From Erythrobacter sp. (GTDB lineage: Bacteria; Pseudomonadota; Alphaproteobacteria; Sphingomonadales; Sphingomonadaceae), in the NCBI GenBank assembly GCA_039973155.1, contig JBDWLM010000003.1, forward strand, positions 221,823 through 285,822: a DNA stretch of 64,000 nucleotides, written 5' to 3'. Shown piece after piece: positions 1 to 10,162 of this stretch (the stretch's first letter is position 1; every line of letters begins with the position of its first letter). A model generated the notes under the pieces. The model did not search any database. It was given only the letters and a program-made list of their open reading frames with translations, and was not told the DNA's origin. Position numbers and translations under genes: made by a program.

Positions 1-43
1 TAAGGTAACTGTTTTTGCCGCAGGAACTTGAGGCACCCGGGGG

Positions 44-508
44 TCAGCGTGTTGCCGCCTCGGCGAAATTCGCCAGCGCCTTGTTGACCTTGGTCAGTAC
101 CTTATCGCAGCCATCCAGGCCATGACGGGCCTTCAGGTAGGCCGGATCGTTGTAGCCAAGCCAGACCTGTCCGTTTTCATCCTCCCAGATCAGCGCTTTC
201 TGGGGCAGATCGGCCGCGACACTCTGGCCGCAGTGCATCAGCGGGGTGCCGACTTTCGGGTTGCCGAAGATCACCAGTTCGGTGGGGCGCAGCTGTTCGC
301 CCACCGATGCAGCTCCGGCTGCATGATCGATGCGGTTAAACACCGTCATACCCTTTTCGCCCAGCACCGACTCCAGTTTATCCGCAGTTGCTGCCACGCT
401 GTGGTTGCTCTTGACCACAATGAGTCCATCCGCAGCCTGCGCCAAGCCAGCAAGACCTAGAATCACTAGGGCCACGGCGAGCGTTCTGAAATTGTTCATA
501 ACCAGCAT
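44..508 (-). CDS. Secreted DUF302-family protein
   Basis: 154-aa ORF with an N-terminal signal peptide (LGLAGLAQA/AD). The remainder resembles the DUF302 fold family. This is motif-level recall, not a search. An alternative ATG lies at 499. Confidence 0.6.
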   Translation of the reverse strand: MLVMNNFRTLAVALVILGLAGLAQAADGLIVVKSNHSVAATADKLESVLGEKGMTVFNRIDHAAGAASVGEQLRPTELVIFGNPKVGTPLMHCGQSVAADLPQKALIWEDENGQVWLGYNDPAYLKARHGLDGCDKVLTKVNKALANFAEAATR

Positions 509-579
509 CCTTATCAGTCGAGTGCAGCCCCCATACTAGACCACAAGCCGGGATGACGGCGATCAGCGATCGGCTAATA

Positions 580-2106
580 TCAGGATCCGAACAGGCCGGA
601 GCGCAGTGGCCGCAGGAAGCCCCGGCCCCCTCCCGCATTGGCGCGCGTGCGGACGCCGTCGAACTCCAAATAGCCGTCCTCGATCGGGTCGAAGCGCAGG
701 ATTTTCACGTCTTCGAGGTAATTCTGGGATGCTTTCCAGGGCCCATGGGTACCCTGGCGGGGCAACCGGTCCGCTGCCCGTCTGACGTAGCCGGCATCCA
801 GCGAACCCAGCACCGTGGTATCGCTCCGGCTATCCTCGGTATCCCGGGCCACCACCGTTTGATACCCGCGCTGGTCCATCAGATTCATGAGCCGGCACAG
901 GTACTCCGCAGCAATATCCACTTTCAGGGTCCAGGAGCTATTGGTGTAGCCGAAAATCATACCGGCATTGGGCAGCCCCTCCACCATCACGTTCTTGTAG
1001 ATAACCTTGTCCTTCAACATCACATCCTGGCCATCGACCCGGGGCCGGATGCCGCCGAGCATCTGGATGTCCAGTCCGGTCGCCGGAATGATGATATCCG
1101 CTGCCAGGGTTTTACCCGACTTCAGGCGAATACCATCAGCGGTGAAGCGCTCTATGTGATCGGTGGCCATGGACGCCCTGCCCGCTTTCAGGACGGTGAA
1201 CAGATCGCCATCCTTGACCACACACAAGCGCTGATCCCAGGGGGCGTAATCCGGTGTGAAATGACGCATGTCGGCGTTGTCTCCGAGCCGGCGCCAGATG
1301 ATGCGCAGAAACAGACGGCGCATCAGCTTGGGGCTCTTGCGGGAGCGCACGTAAAGGAAACGGGAAATGGCAATGTTGCGGGCACGGATCAGCTTGTAGG
1401 CCAGTTTTTCAGGTAATAATCGTTGCACGAGAAGGGCGAGTTTGTCGGTGGACGGCAGCGGCATCAGGTAGCTTGGCGAACGCTGCAGCATGGTGACGTG
1501 GGCAGCCTGTTCCGCCAGGGTCGGCACCAGGGTGATGGCAGTGGCGCCACTACCGATCACCACAATGTTCTTGCCTGCGTAGTCCAGCTCCTCGGGCCAC
1601 TGTTGCGGATGCACTATCTGGCCCTGAAAGTCGCTTTCGCCCGGAAAATCCGGCTGGTACCCGTGGTCATAGTTGTAATAGCCGGTGCAGCCGACCAGAA
1701 ACCCGGCGGTGTAGGTTTCAGTTTCGCCCGTCGCTTCGTTGTCTACGGTCAGGGTCCAGCACTTGTTCACGCTTGACCAGTCCGCGGTTTTTACCGCCAG
1801 GCCATAGCGAATGTGACGCTCAACATCGAACGCCTGTGCCGTCTCGCGTAGGTAGTTCTTAATGGATGCACCATCGGCCAGCACCTTACCGCCGACCCAT
1901 GGCCGGAAGTTGTAGCCAAAGGTGAACATGTCGGAATCGGATCGGATACCCGGGTAACGGAACAGATCCCAGGTTCCGCCCAGCGACTGGCGCCGCTCCA
2001 GAATGGCAAAGGATTTGCCCGGGCATTGCTGGCCGAGGTGACAGGCCATGCCAATGCCGGATACCCCGGCGCCAACGATCAGAACATCAAAATGGTGTGC
2101 ACTCAT
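580..2106 (-). CDS. Flavin-containing (Baeyer-Villiger type) monooxygenase
   Basis: 508 aa. FAD site GAGVSG near the N-terminus and a second Rossmann motif GSGATA. BVMO fingerprint FxGxxxHxxxWP is present as FQGQIVHPQQWP. Confidence 0.85.
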   Translation of the reverse strand: MSAHHFDVLIVGAGVSGIGMACHLGQQCPGKSFAILERRQSLGGTWDLFRYPGIRSDSDMFTFGYNFRPWVGGKVLADGASIKNYLRETAQAFDVERHIRYGLAVKTADWSSVNKCWTLTVDNEATGETETYTAGFLVGCTGYYNYDHGYQPDFPGESDFQGQIVHPQQWPEELDYAGKNIVVIGSGATAITLVPTLAEQAAHVTMLQRSPSYLMPLPSTDKLALLVQRLLPEKLAYKLIRARNIAISRFLYVRSRKSPKLMRRLFLRIIWRRLGDNADMRHFTPDYAPWDQRLCVVKDGDLFTVLKAGRASMATDHIERFTADGIRLKSGKTLAADIIIPATGLDIQMLGGIRPRVDGQDVMLKDKVIYKNVMVEGLPNAGMIFGYTNSSWTLKVDIAAEYLCRLMNLMDQRGYQTVVARDTEDSRSDTTVLGSLDAGYVRRAADRLPRQGTHGPWKASQNYLEDVKILRFDPIEDGYLEFDGVRTRANAGGGRGFLRPLRSGLFGS

Positions 2107-2229
2107 GACCGGTCTCTCGATTCCATCTTGTTATTGTGATGACAGGTATGGAACCAAGATACCCCACGCAATCAGCCTGGGGAATGAGCGCGACTGGTCT
2201 TACCGGGCCGTTGTGGGCACCGAACGCCG

Positions 2230-4146
2230 TTACTGCAGACGCGCAGTTGGATGGCTGGACAGATCCAGTATAGGCAACTCCAGGCCATTGATGGTCAGAT
2301 CAAACCGGTTATTACCGTCGACTGCCCCCGGATTGCTGACCGCCGAGTATTGGACATGGCTGGAATAGACCAGCAGGCCAACCTCATCCCCGAACTGAAG
2401 CTGCTCACCAACGCCGGCCAGCAGCACGCCCTGTTCGCCGATATTGGGGTTGGACGTGTGTGTTCCTTCCAGCAGCGATGTTACCTGATCATCCACCAGA
2501 ATCAGCTCACTGCCACGCTGAATCCCGATCCCAAGGTAGGCCACCGGCGTGACGGTGCCGGGCAGCGCGGTATTGGCCACCGTTACCTCATCGATTCTCG
2601 GTATGCCGGCCAGAATCTCGTTCTCACCAGTCACCGTATGCACGGACACAAAGGTGGGTGGTGAATCGGGTGCGGGTCGGCTCACTTCGCTCGTTTCAAG
2701 CCGAGCCGGAATGCCGCCGGTCGCGCCCGGCTGCGACCCTACCGGGAAATCTTGGAGCACCAGGCCGGCCGGTTCAGCGCTATCCGCGTTCTGAGTGTCG
2801 GCCACGGAAATACACACCGATGGAATGCTCTGATAGGCGCTGGACTCTTCGCCCTTGAGGTGGAAATCAAACCAGCTCAGGATCAGGTCAGTACCTATCA
2901 GGCCGCCACAGTTGGCACTGCCCTCGGTCTGGTTGGCCAGCGGGTTCATGTGTCCGCCCTCGGTGGACAGAATCGACACCGGTACACCCTCATCCGCAGC
3001 CTGCTTGAAGTAGGCCCAGTTCCAATAGGCGTCGGTCAGGTTAAACAGCACGTCCCGGTTGCCCTGCAACAACAAGGTGGGCACCGAGCGCGGCACGAAG
3101 GCGTCACCGTTGGACGAACAACCAAGTTCACCCGGCTGACACCAGGGCTGACCTTGCTCGGCCGAGCGCTGCAGGTGGCGGGTATGACGGTCAAACAGTT
3201 CGACCACCTCCGCTTCGGTGTAGCCGTCGGCTTCCATGGCGCCGATCAGATCAGCCCGGGTCCTAATCAGGTTGGCTTGAGGACTGGCCGGACCCATCAG
3301 TTCGCACATCCGAGCCACCGCCGGGGTGTTAACAGTGTTCCCGGTTTCGGCCAGCAAACAGAGCAGGCCAGTGAACGAACGTTTAACGGCATCACCCGGT
3401 AGCAAACTGTACATCAGGCTATGCCAGGTGCCGTTCGGTACGATGGTGTCGATCCGGTCATCGAGCTGCGACAAGCCAAACTGGTAACCGCCGCCGTAAC
3501 TGTAGCCGATCAGCCCCGCGTTGATATCCCGTGCTACACCGCTATCCTCTTGCCGCTCGATATGCAGACTCGGAGCCTGCTCGTAGAGCCAGTCAAGCAA
3601 ATAACGGGCATCCTGGGTTTCGGCCCGGGGAGCGATGATGCGGGCATAGCCGCCCCCGTTTTCAGGAATCGAATTACCGTGACCCCGCTCATCGAACGAG
3701 ACCCCGACATAGCCGTGGCGTGGCAGCGTGGCGAAGAGTTCATCAATGGCCGGGAAATGGGGCGTGTCAGAAGCCACTGAGCCATCTTCGTCAATCTCGG
3801 AATCCAGATTGCCACTGTAACCGTGACTCTCGATAACAACCGGGAAGCGATCTTCGGCACACCGCTCAGGCAGCAATACCGCCACGTGGAACCGGGTAAC
3901 ATCGGCCTCGGTGGTATCGTCTGTGCGATCCCGATCGAAACTGTTGGGCAACGGGCTATCCAACGTGTACTGACGCACCTCCGGCGGCAACGGGATCTCA
4001 CAATCCCCCAGGATGCGATCGGAATCGTCGTTCTGATCATCCTGCTCAGCCGCGGCGTCATCGTCCGAGCCGCCGGAACCACCACCTATGCAGCCGCTCA
4101 ATGTAAACAGCAACAGCAATGACAACAGAAAGGGGTAACCACGCAT
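2230..4146 (-). CDS. Lipoprotein alpha/beta hydrolase (CocE/NonD or X-Pro dipeptidyl-peptidase-like)
   Basis: 638 aa. Lipobox LFTLSGC is followed by an acidic linker (DDDAAAEQDDQNDDSD). Nucleophile elbow is GYSYGG. The long C-terminal beta-rich domain is typical of the S15/CocE family. Confidence 0.6.
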   Translation of the reverse strand: MRGYPFLLSLLLLFTLSGCIGGGSGGSDDDAAAEQDDQNDDSDRILGDCEIPLPPEVRQYTLDSPLPNSFDRDRTDDTTEADVTRFHVAVLLPERCAEDRFPVVIESHGYSGNLDSEIDEDGSVASDTPHFPAIDELFATLPRHGYVGVSFDERGHGNSIPENGGGYARIIAPRAETQDARYLLDWLYEQAPSLHIERQEDSGVARDINAGLIGYSYGGGYQFGLSQLDDRIDTIVPNGTWHSLMYSLLPGDAVKRSFTGLLCLLAETGNTVNTPAVARMCELMGPASPQANLIRTRADLIGAMEADGYTEAEVVELFDRHTRHLQRSAEQGQPWCQPGELGCSSNGDAFVPRSVPTLLLQGNRDVLFNLTDAYWNWAYFKQAADEGVPVSILSTEGGHMNPLANQTEGSANCGGLIGTDLILSWFDFHLKGEESSAYQSIPSVCISVADTQNADSAEPAGLVLQDFPVGSQPGATGGIPARLETSEVSRPAPDSPPTFVSVHTVTGENEILAGIPRIDEVTVANTALPGTVTPVAYLGIGIQRGSELILVDDQVTSLLEGTHTSNPNIGEQGVLLAGVGEQLQFGDEVGLLVYSSHVQYSAVSNPGAVDGNNRFDLTINGLELPILDLSSHPTARLQ

Positions 4147-4401
4147 TATTATTCTCCTGGGCGCCGTTATGAACGAGATTTCTCCGGGTAACGACGGTTG
4201 TTGTTGTTATCGTTCCACGGGAAACCCACGGCGTCAGTTCCCTGAGGCAGCCAGCGTGGCCCGAAAAGCCAAGCTGATGTTTGGTGAAAACCAGCACTTA
4301 ATTCATCCTGAAAAGCAGCCGGAGGGCGTAGTTGCAGGGAGGAGCCGCCCTGGCATCGGGAACGTTAGACTTTGTGAATCGCCCCGGTCAGGAGAACCGA
4401 C

Positions 4402-5271
4402 ATGTCCAAACCCATTATTGTCATCGGCGGCGCGTCGTGGGACACCATCATCCACTTGCCGACGCTGCCCGCCCCGGAACCTCAAACCATCTGGCCAGAC
4501 GCCAGCTACCGAACCCTGGGTAGCACCGGGGCCGGCAAGAGTCTGAACCTGGCGGCACTGGGCCATCAGGTCATTTTCCACACCTTGCTCGGCCAGGATG
4601 CCGAAGGCCGGCAGGTGCGGGACGCTCTGGCCCATCCCGAACTGCAACTGCTGGTCACCGAGACCACTACGCCGACCGAGCAGCACGTTAACCTGATGTC
4701 AGCCGATGGCAAGCGCATCTCCCTGTTCGTGCAGCCCCCGGCTGAGCCCAGCGGCCTCGACTGGGCGCCGTTGCAACAACTCGCGGAAGGCTGTCAGTTG
4801 GCCGTGGTGAACATCCTCAGTTACACCCGCTCGGCCCTTCCCTGGCTGCAGACAATCAACCTGCCCATCTGGACCGATCTACACGATTACGACGGCACCA
4901 ACCCCTATCACCAACCATTCATAGATGCCGCCAGTATTATTTTCCTGTCCAGCGACAACCTGCCGGACTACCGCCAGACCATGGCGCAGCTGGTTAACCA
5001 GGGCAAAGAGTTAGTGGTCTGTACCCACGGTGCCGAAGGCGCCACCCTGCTAACAGCGGCCGGTGAGTGGCTGGAGCAAGTGGCGGTTCCCGCCAGCCAA
5101 GTGCTCGACACCAACGGCGCCGGCGATGCCTTCTTCAGTGGTTTCCTATACCGCTATATAGAGGGCGCAGCGCTGCAGGACTGCCTACAGGCGGCTGCCG
5201 TCTGTGGTGCCCTGTGCGTTGCCAGCCAGTCCCTGGTCAGCAGTGACCTGCAGCCGGAGCAGCTGGTCTAG
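4402..5271 (+). CDS. PfkB-family carbohydrate/nucleoside kinase
   Basis: 289 aa. C-terminal PfkB signature DTNGAGDAFFSGFL and N-terminal IIVIGGASWD. Confidence 0.8.
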   Translation: MSKPIIVIGGASWDTIIHLPTLPAPEPQTIWPDASYRTLGSTGAGKSLNLAALGHQVIFHTLLGQDAEGRQVRDALAHPELQLLVTETTTPTEQHVNLMSADGKRISLFVQPPAEPSGLDWAPLQQLAEGCQLAVVNILSYTRSALPWLQTINLPIWTDLHDYDGTNPYHQPFIDAASIIFLSSDNLPDYRQTMAQLVNQGKELVVCTHGAEGATLLTAAGEWLEQVAVPASQVLDTNGAGDAFFSGFLYRYIEGAALQDCLQAAAVCGALCVASQSLVSSDLQPEQLV

Positions 5272-5344
5272 CGGCGCCGGATTTGAGCGTGATCCGACCC
5301 TGTGCCAAAGTCTCGGGGGTCATTCACCGTGGAATCCGAGGCCC

Positions 5345-6379
5345 ATGAAAACCGTTTTCTCCCCCCTCCATAGCCGCCGCTCGGTCAAAACCGAGCTGGA
5401 CGGTGGCCTGCTCATCGAGCCCCATGAAAAGCCATCCCGCGCCAACACCATCCTGGCAAGGGTGCAGGATCAGGGGCTCGGCGACGTTCTGGAACCGGAC
5501 GAGTTTGGCCTCGAGCCCGTGAAACGGGTGCACAGCGCCGATTACGTCGAGTTCCTGGCACGCTGCTGGCAAGACTGGCTGGCCGCCGGCAAGCCAGGCG
5601 AGGCTATCCCGGCGGTCTGGTGCGGACGCGGAATGCGGGCCCGAGTACCAAAAGACATCGACGGTCGACTCGGGTACTACAGTTTTGCTGCCGAAACCTC
5701 GATCTCCGATGGCACCTGGGAGGCCGCCTGCACCTCGGCCAACGTCGCGCTGACCGCACAGAAGCTGGTCGCCGGTGGCGAGCGGGCCGCATTTGCCCTG
5801 TGCCGGCCACCCGGACATCATGCCCACGCCGATCTGTTTGGCGGTTACTGCTTCTTCAACAACGCCGCTATCGTGGCGCAGGCATTCCGGGATCAGGGCG
5901 CCGAGCGAGTGGCCATTCTCGATGTCGATTTTCATCACGGCAATGGCACCCAGGCCATCTTCTACCAACGCCGGGACGTGCTGACCCTGAGCCTGCATGG
6001 CGATCCGGATTTGGTCTTCCCGCACTTTCTCGGCTTTGAGGATGAAACCGGGGAAGGTGAAGGTGAGGATCACAACCTCAATATCGTCTACCCACCGGGC
6101 ACTCCCTACAGCGTCTGGAGTCAGGGCCTGGAAACCGCATGCCGGCGGATAACCGAGTACCAACCGGACGCGCTGGTGGTCGCCCTGGGTGTGGATACCT
6201 TTGAGGACGATCCTATCTCCTTCTTCAAGCTGAAATCCTCCGATTACCTCACCCTCGGTCAGCGCATCGCCCAACTGGGCCTGCCCACGGTGTTTACCAT
6301 GGAGGGCGGTTACGATGTCGAAGCCATTGGCGTCAACGCGGTCAATGTCTTGCAAGGCTTTGAGCATAAGCAGGAATGA
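5345..6379 (+). CDS. Histone deacetylase-family amidohydrolase (acetylpolyamine amidohydrolase-like)
   Basis: Start trimmed to ATG 5345 (MKTVFSPLH), because the upstream part of the tracked ORF overlaps the PfkB gene. Motifs RPPGHHA, DVDFHHGNGTQ and MEGGY are present. Confidence 0.85.
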   Translation: MKTVFSPLHSRRSVKTELDGGLLIEPHEKPSRANTILARVQDQGLGDVLEPDEFGLEPVKRVHSADYVEFLARCWQDWLAAGKPGEAIPAVWCGRGMRARVPKDIDGRLGYYSFAAETSISDGTWEAACTSANVALTAQKLVAGGERAAFALCRPPGHHAHADLFGGYCFFNNAAIVAQAFRDQGAERVAILDVDFHHGNGTQAIFYQRRDVLTLSLHGDPDLVFPHFLGFEDETGEGEGEDHNLNIVYPPGTPYSVWSQGLETACRRITEYQPDALVVALGVDTFEDDPISFFKLKSSDYLTLGQRIAQLGLPTVFTMEGGYDVEAIGVNAVNVLQGFEHKQE

Positions 6380-6449
6380 CTACTAGACGACCGGTCTAAT
6401 TGTAATTAGGATGCTGTCCACTTTGTAACAACACAGGGGCAGCAAGCCG

Positions 6450-7607
6450 ATGAACAGTTTCGATTTCTACAACCCGACGCACATCGCTTTCGGTGAAGGC
6501 AAGATCGCCGATCTGGACAAACTGGTACCGGCGGAAGCGCGGGTACTGGTGTTGTTTGGCGGTGAAAGCGCGCGTCGGACCGGCACCCTGGATGAAGTAA
6601 CGACAGCCCTGGGCGAGCGACAGGTCACGCTGTTTGGCGGCATCGAGCCAAACCCGAGTTTCGAGACCCTGATGGAAGCCGTGACGCAGGTGCGTGAACA
6701 GCGCGTGGATTACCTGCTGGCCGTTGGCGGTGGCTCCGTCATCGACGGCACCAAGTTTGTCGCCGCCGCCTCTGTGCTCGAAGGCGATGAATGGGAGATT
6801 CTGACCCAGGGTGGCCGCAACATTGAACGGGCGCTGCCGTTCGGCTCTGTGCTGACCCTGCCGGCAACCGGCTCGGAAATGAACAAGGGTGCCGTGGTTA
6901 CCCGCAAATCCCTGAAAGCCAAGCTGCCGTTCCACAGCAATCACGTGTTCCCGGCCTTCTCGATACTGGACCCGACCAAGACCTACACCCTGCCCCTGCG
7001 CCAGGTTGGCAACGGCGTGGTCGACGCGTTCGTGCACGTGGTTGAGCAGTACCTGACCTACCCGGCCCAAGCCCCGGTACAGGACCGCTTTGCCGAAGGC
7101 CTGTTGCAGACCCTGGTCGAAATTGGTCCCCAGACTCTGGCCGAGCCGGAAAACTATCAGGTTCGAGCAAGCATGATGTGGACCGCTACCCTGGCCCTGA
7201 ACGGCCTGATTGGCAGCGGTGTACCCCAGGATTGGGCCACCCACATGCTCGGCCACGAGCTGACTGCCCTGCATAACCTGGATCACGCCCAGACCCTGGC
7301 TATCGTGCTGCCGGCCATGCTGCGCGAGCGCAAGGCCGCCAAGCTCGACAAGTTGGTTCAGTACGGTGAGCGGGTGTGGAACATTCGCGACGGCAGTGCC
7401 GAGGACAAAGCCGAGGCTGCCATCGCCAAGACCGAGGCCTTCTTCGAATCACTGGGGGTGAAAACCCGCCTGAGCGACTACGACCTTGGCGAGCAGCACA
7501 TTGAACCGCTGATCGCGAGTCTGGAAAGCCACGGCATGGTGAAACTGGGTGAGCACGGCGATGTCACGCCTGAGGTGTGCCGCCGCGTCCTACAGGCCAG
7601 CCTGTAA
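6450..7607 (+). CDS. Iron-containing alcohol dehydrogenase (YqhD-like)
   Basis: 385 aa. GGGSVIDGTKF NAD(P)/Fe-ADH motif. N-terminus MNSFDFYNPTHIAFGEG is typical of the YqhD/butanol dehydrogenase group. Confidence 0.85.
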   Translation: MNSFDFYNPTHIAFGEGKIADLDKLVPAEARVLVLFGGESARRTGTLDEVTTALGERQVTLFGGIEPNPSFETLMEAVTQVREQRVDYLLAVGGGSVIDGTKFVAAASVLEGDEWEILTQGGRNIERALPFGSVLTLPATGSEMNKGAVVTRKSLKAKLPFHSNHVFPAFSILDPTKTYTLPLRQVGNGVVDAFVHVVEQYLTYPAQAPVQDRFAEGLLQTLVEIGPQTLAEPENYQVRASMMWTATLALNGLIGSGVPQDWATHMLGHELTALHNLDHAQTLAIVLPAMLRERKAAKLDKLVQYGERVWNIRDGSAEDKAEAAIAKTEAFFESLGVKTRLSDYDLGEQHIEPLIASLESHGMVKLGEHGDVTPEVCRRVLQASL

Positions 7608-7774
7608 CCGCTTCGGATTAGCAGATACTTCGGCGGCGGATGAGTGTTCCTCCACCCGCCCGCATCCGCCCGCCAGCACGAGCGACACGTGCAACGTCTT
7701 CCTTTTTGGGGCTCTGGTTTTCAGGTGCCCTTTTTTTGCGCCTGTTTTATGCCTGTTTTTCGGTCAGGCCCGGC

Positions 7775-8395
7775 TTAGCCCTTGAAGCCCTTGCCCAGGA
7801 TATAGACCTCACGGGAGCGGGCCCGGGATGAATCCGGCTTGCGTACCACCACCTTATCGAACACCGCCCGCACCGATTTCAGGTAGTCGTCATAGCCTTC
7901 GCCCTGGAACACCTTGGCCAGAAAGTTGCCTTTCGGCTTGAGCACCTGGCAGGCCATATCAAGCGCCAGCTCCACCAGATACATGGAGGACGCCTGGTCG
8001 GCCACAGTCACCCCACTGATGTTCGGGGCCATGTCAGAAATCACCACATCCACCGGGGCATCGCCCAGGGTGGTCATGATGGCATCGAACACATCGTTCT
8101 CGGTGAAATCCCCCTGGATGAACTCGACCCCGGCAATGGCGTCCATCTCCAGGATATCCGAGGCAATGACCCGGCCCTTGTGGCCCACGAGGTTGGCCGC
8201 CACCTGCGACCAGCCACCCGGTGCCGAACCCAGGTCCATGACCACCATGTTGGGGTGGATCAAACGGTCCTTCTTGTTGATCTCCAGGAGCTTGTAGCTG
8301 GCCCGGGAGCGGTAGCCGTCCACCTGCGCCTGTTTCACGAAGGGGTCGTTTACATGCTCTTCAAGCCAGCGGTTACTGCTTTTGGATCGGGCCAT
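7775..8395 (-). CDS. rlmE: 23S rRNA (uridine2552-2'-O)-methyltransferase RlmE/FtsJ
   Basis: Start trimmed to ATG 8395 ([14 protein letters not shown]...). SAM motif [11 protein letters not shown]. Full-length colinear with RlmE at about 206 aa. Confidence 0.9.
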   Translation of the reverse strand: MARSKSSNRWLEEHVNDPFVKQAQVDGYRSRASYKLLEINKKDRLIHPNMVVMDLGSAPGGWSQVAANLVGHKGRVIASDILEMDAIAGVEFIQGDFTENDVFDAIMTTLGDAPVDVVISDMAPNISGVTVADQASSMYLVELALDMACQVLKPKGNFLAKVFQGEGYDDYLKSVRAVFDKVVVRKPDSSRARSREVYILGKGFKG

Positions 8396-8553
8396 AGGAC
8401 TCATCAATAGCGGGGGAAACGGTCTGTTATTGTACGTGCCGGGCGCCATCCCGGCAAAATCCTGACATCCGCTGCCGGCGCACGTACAATCGGCTCATTC
8501 CAGCTCCCACCTCGACCGCCTGCGCGGCTCGGGCGCAGCCACGGGCAACCATC

Positions 8554-9297
8554 GTGAAACTGAACGACATTCGAAAACTGCACCAGAAAAAGTACCGCCA
8601 GGAAATCAGGCATTACCTGGTCGAGGGCGAACACCTGGTGCTGGAACTGCAGAAAGCCGTCGCCCAGCAGCCGGCGCTGGTGAGCGCGGAGCTGTACGTC
8701 ACCGCGGCGTACGAACACTGGCAGAGCCCGTTTACCACGCACCTGGTCAGTGACCGCCAGATGGCGCAACTGGCCGACACCCGCACGCCCCAGGGCATCC
8801 TTGCAGTGGTGGCCATGCCAGAAGCAAACCAGGGCGCTGCGGTACCCTCTAATGCCGGCGAGCGGGCGGTGTACCTGCACGAGGTTCAGGATCCTGGCAA
8901 TCTCGGAACTATTTTGCGCACCCTGGCCTGGTTCGGCGGCTTTCGCTGCCTGCTCAGCCCCGGCAGTGTCGACCCTTACAATCCCAAGGTAGTACGGGCC
9001 AGCATGGGCGCACTGTTTCACCTTCCACTGGAAACCGACGTAAGCCTGGAGCAGCTCGCCGACCGCTACCAGCGCATTGCCTGCCTCGACCTGAATGGCG
9101 CCGCGCTGACTTCAGCCGAGTTCCCCAAACACGACTGTTACCTGTTCGGCAACGAAGCCCGGGGTGTACCCCGGGACGCACTGGAAAAGCTTGGCGCCGC
9201 GCCTTACACCATCGCCGGGCAGGGCGCGATTGAATCGCTGAATCTGGCCACCTCGGTGAACATCTGCGCCTACGAGCTGAACCGGCGAGCCTCCTGA
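8554..9297 (+). CDS. TrmH/SpoU-family RNA 2'-O-methyltransferase
   Basis: 247 aa with a GTG start. SpoU motifs DPGNLGTILRT, LFGNEARGV and ESLNLATSVNI. Confidence 0.8.
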   Translation: MKLNDIRKLHQKKYRQEIRHYLVEGEHLVLELQKAVAQQPALVSAELYVTAAYEHWQSPFTTHLVSDRQMAQLADTRTPQGILAVVAMPEANQGAAVPSNAGERAVYLHEVQDPGNLGTILRTLAWFGGFRCLLSPGSVDPYNPKVVRASMGALFHLPLETDVSLEQLADRYQRIACLDLNGAALTSAEFPKHDCYLFGNEARGVPRDALEKLGAAPYTIAGQGAIESLNLATSVNICAYELNRRAS

Positions 9298-9412
9298 AAC
9301 CCACCCGCGAACTGAGCTAATCTGGCAACCATTGTGGTGGATTTCGTCATTGCCTGTAGCAAGCTAATTGGCGAAGATGATGGCCTGATGCCCTAACCCC
9401 GGATGCCCGCCC

Positions 9413-10078
9413 ATGGACCAGTATCTAAAGCCCACCGCGTTCTTTGATTACGAAAATTCGGAGCTCAAGACCTGGATCGCCGAACAGTTACAAGGCGTGT
9501 CCAATGATCCGGTGGAACAGGTCAAGGCGCTCTACTTAGCGGTTCGGGACCACATCAGCTACAACCCCTATGTATTCCGGACTGATCCGAACACCTTCAG
9601 TGCCAGCCATGCCCTGAGCAGCGGCGAATCCTACTGCATTCCCAAGGCGGTCTTGCTGGGCGCGGCGGCCCGCTCCCTGGGCATTCCGAGCCGACTGGGA
9701 CTGGCCGATGTCCGTAATCACCTGTCCAGCCCGAAGCTGATCGAGTGGCTGCAGTCGGATATCTTCCGCATGCACGGCTTTATCGAGCTGTACCTGAACG
9801 GTCGCTGGGTGAAAGCGACGCCGGCATTTAACCGGCAGCTGTGCGAGTTGATGAAGGTGGCGCCGCTGGAGTTCGATGGCATCAACGATTCGGTTTTCCA
9901 GGAGTACACCGACGCCGGTCAGGCCCACATGGAATACGTCAATGACCACGGTGTGTTCGACGACGTGCCACACGGCTTTATCGTGACCGGAATCGAGAAC
10001 GCCTATCCGCACCTGTTCGGCCAAGAGGGTGCGGCAAATATCAGCCAGGGCAGCCTGCAAGCCGATATCGAGCAATAA
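9413..10078 (+). CDS. Transglutaminase-like cysteine protease-fold protein
   Basis: 221 aa. Core motif GESYCIPKAVLLGAAARSLGIPSR with downstream His (VRNH) and Asp, as in the transglutaminase-core family. Confidence 0.7.
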   Translation: MDQYLKPTAFFDYENSELKTWIAEQLQGVSNDPVEQVKALYLAVRDHISYNPYVFRTDPNTFSASHALSSGESYCIPKAVLLGAAARSLGIPSRLGLADVRNHLSSPKLIEWLQSDIFRMHGFIELYLNGRWVKATPAFNRQLCELMKVAPLEFDGINDSVFQEYTDAGQAHMEYVNDHGVFDDVPHGFIVTGIENAYPHLFGQEGAANISQGSLQADIEQ

Positions 10079-10101
10079 TCGGCTACTGGGTCGGAGCCAC
10101 T

Positions 10102-10129
10102 AAAAAAGGCACCGGATCGCTCCGGTGCC
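10102..10129 (-). terminator. Rho-independent terminator of ahpF (weakly bidirectional)
   Basis: GGCACCGGA-tcgc-TCCGGTGCC is a 9-bp stem. It is flanked by A6 on the plus strand, which is a T6 tail for the minus-strand gene. Confidence 0.75.
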
Positions 10130-10162
10130 TTCTACTCTCTCATCAGATGGTTTCTACTTCGT

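Noticed and set aside
553-1416. Long ORFs antisense to well-supported genes. Examples are 553-1416(+), 5324-6367(-), 10433-11398(+), 20622-21926(+), 30538-31584(+), 35742-36410(+), 50034-51005(-) and 52576-53364(-).
   Set aside because: Each lies opposite a gene with clear family motifs. Their translations are Arg/Gly/His/Pro/Gln-rich with no motifs, as expected for stop-poor antisense frames in GC-rich DNA.
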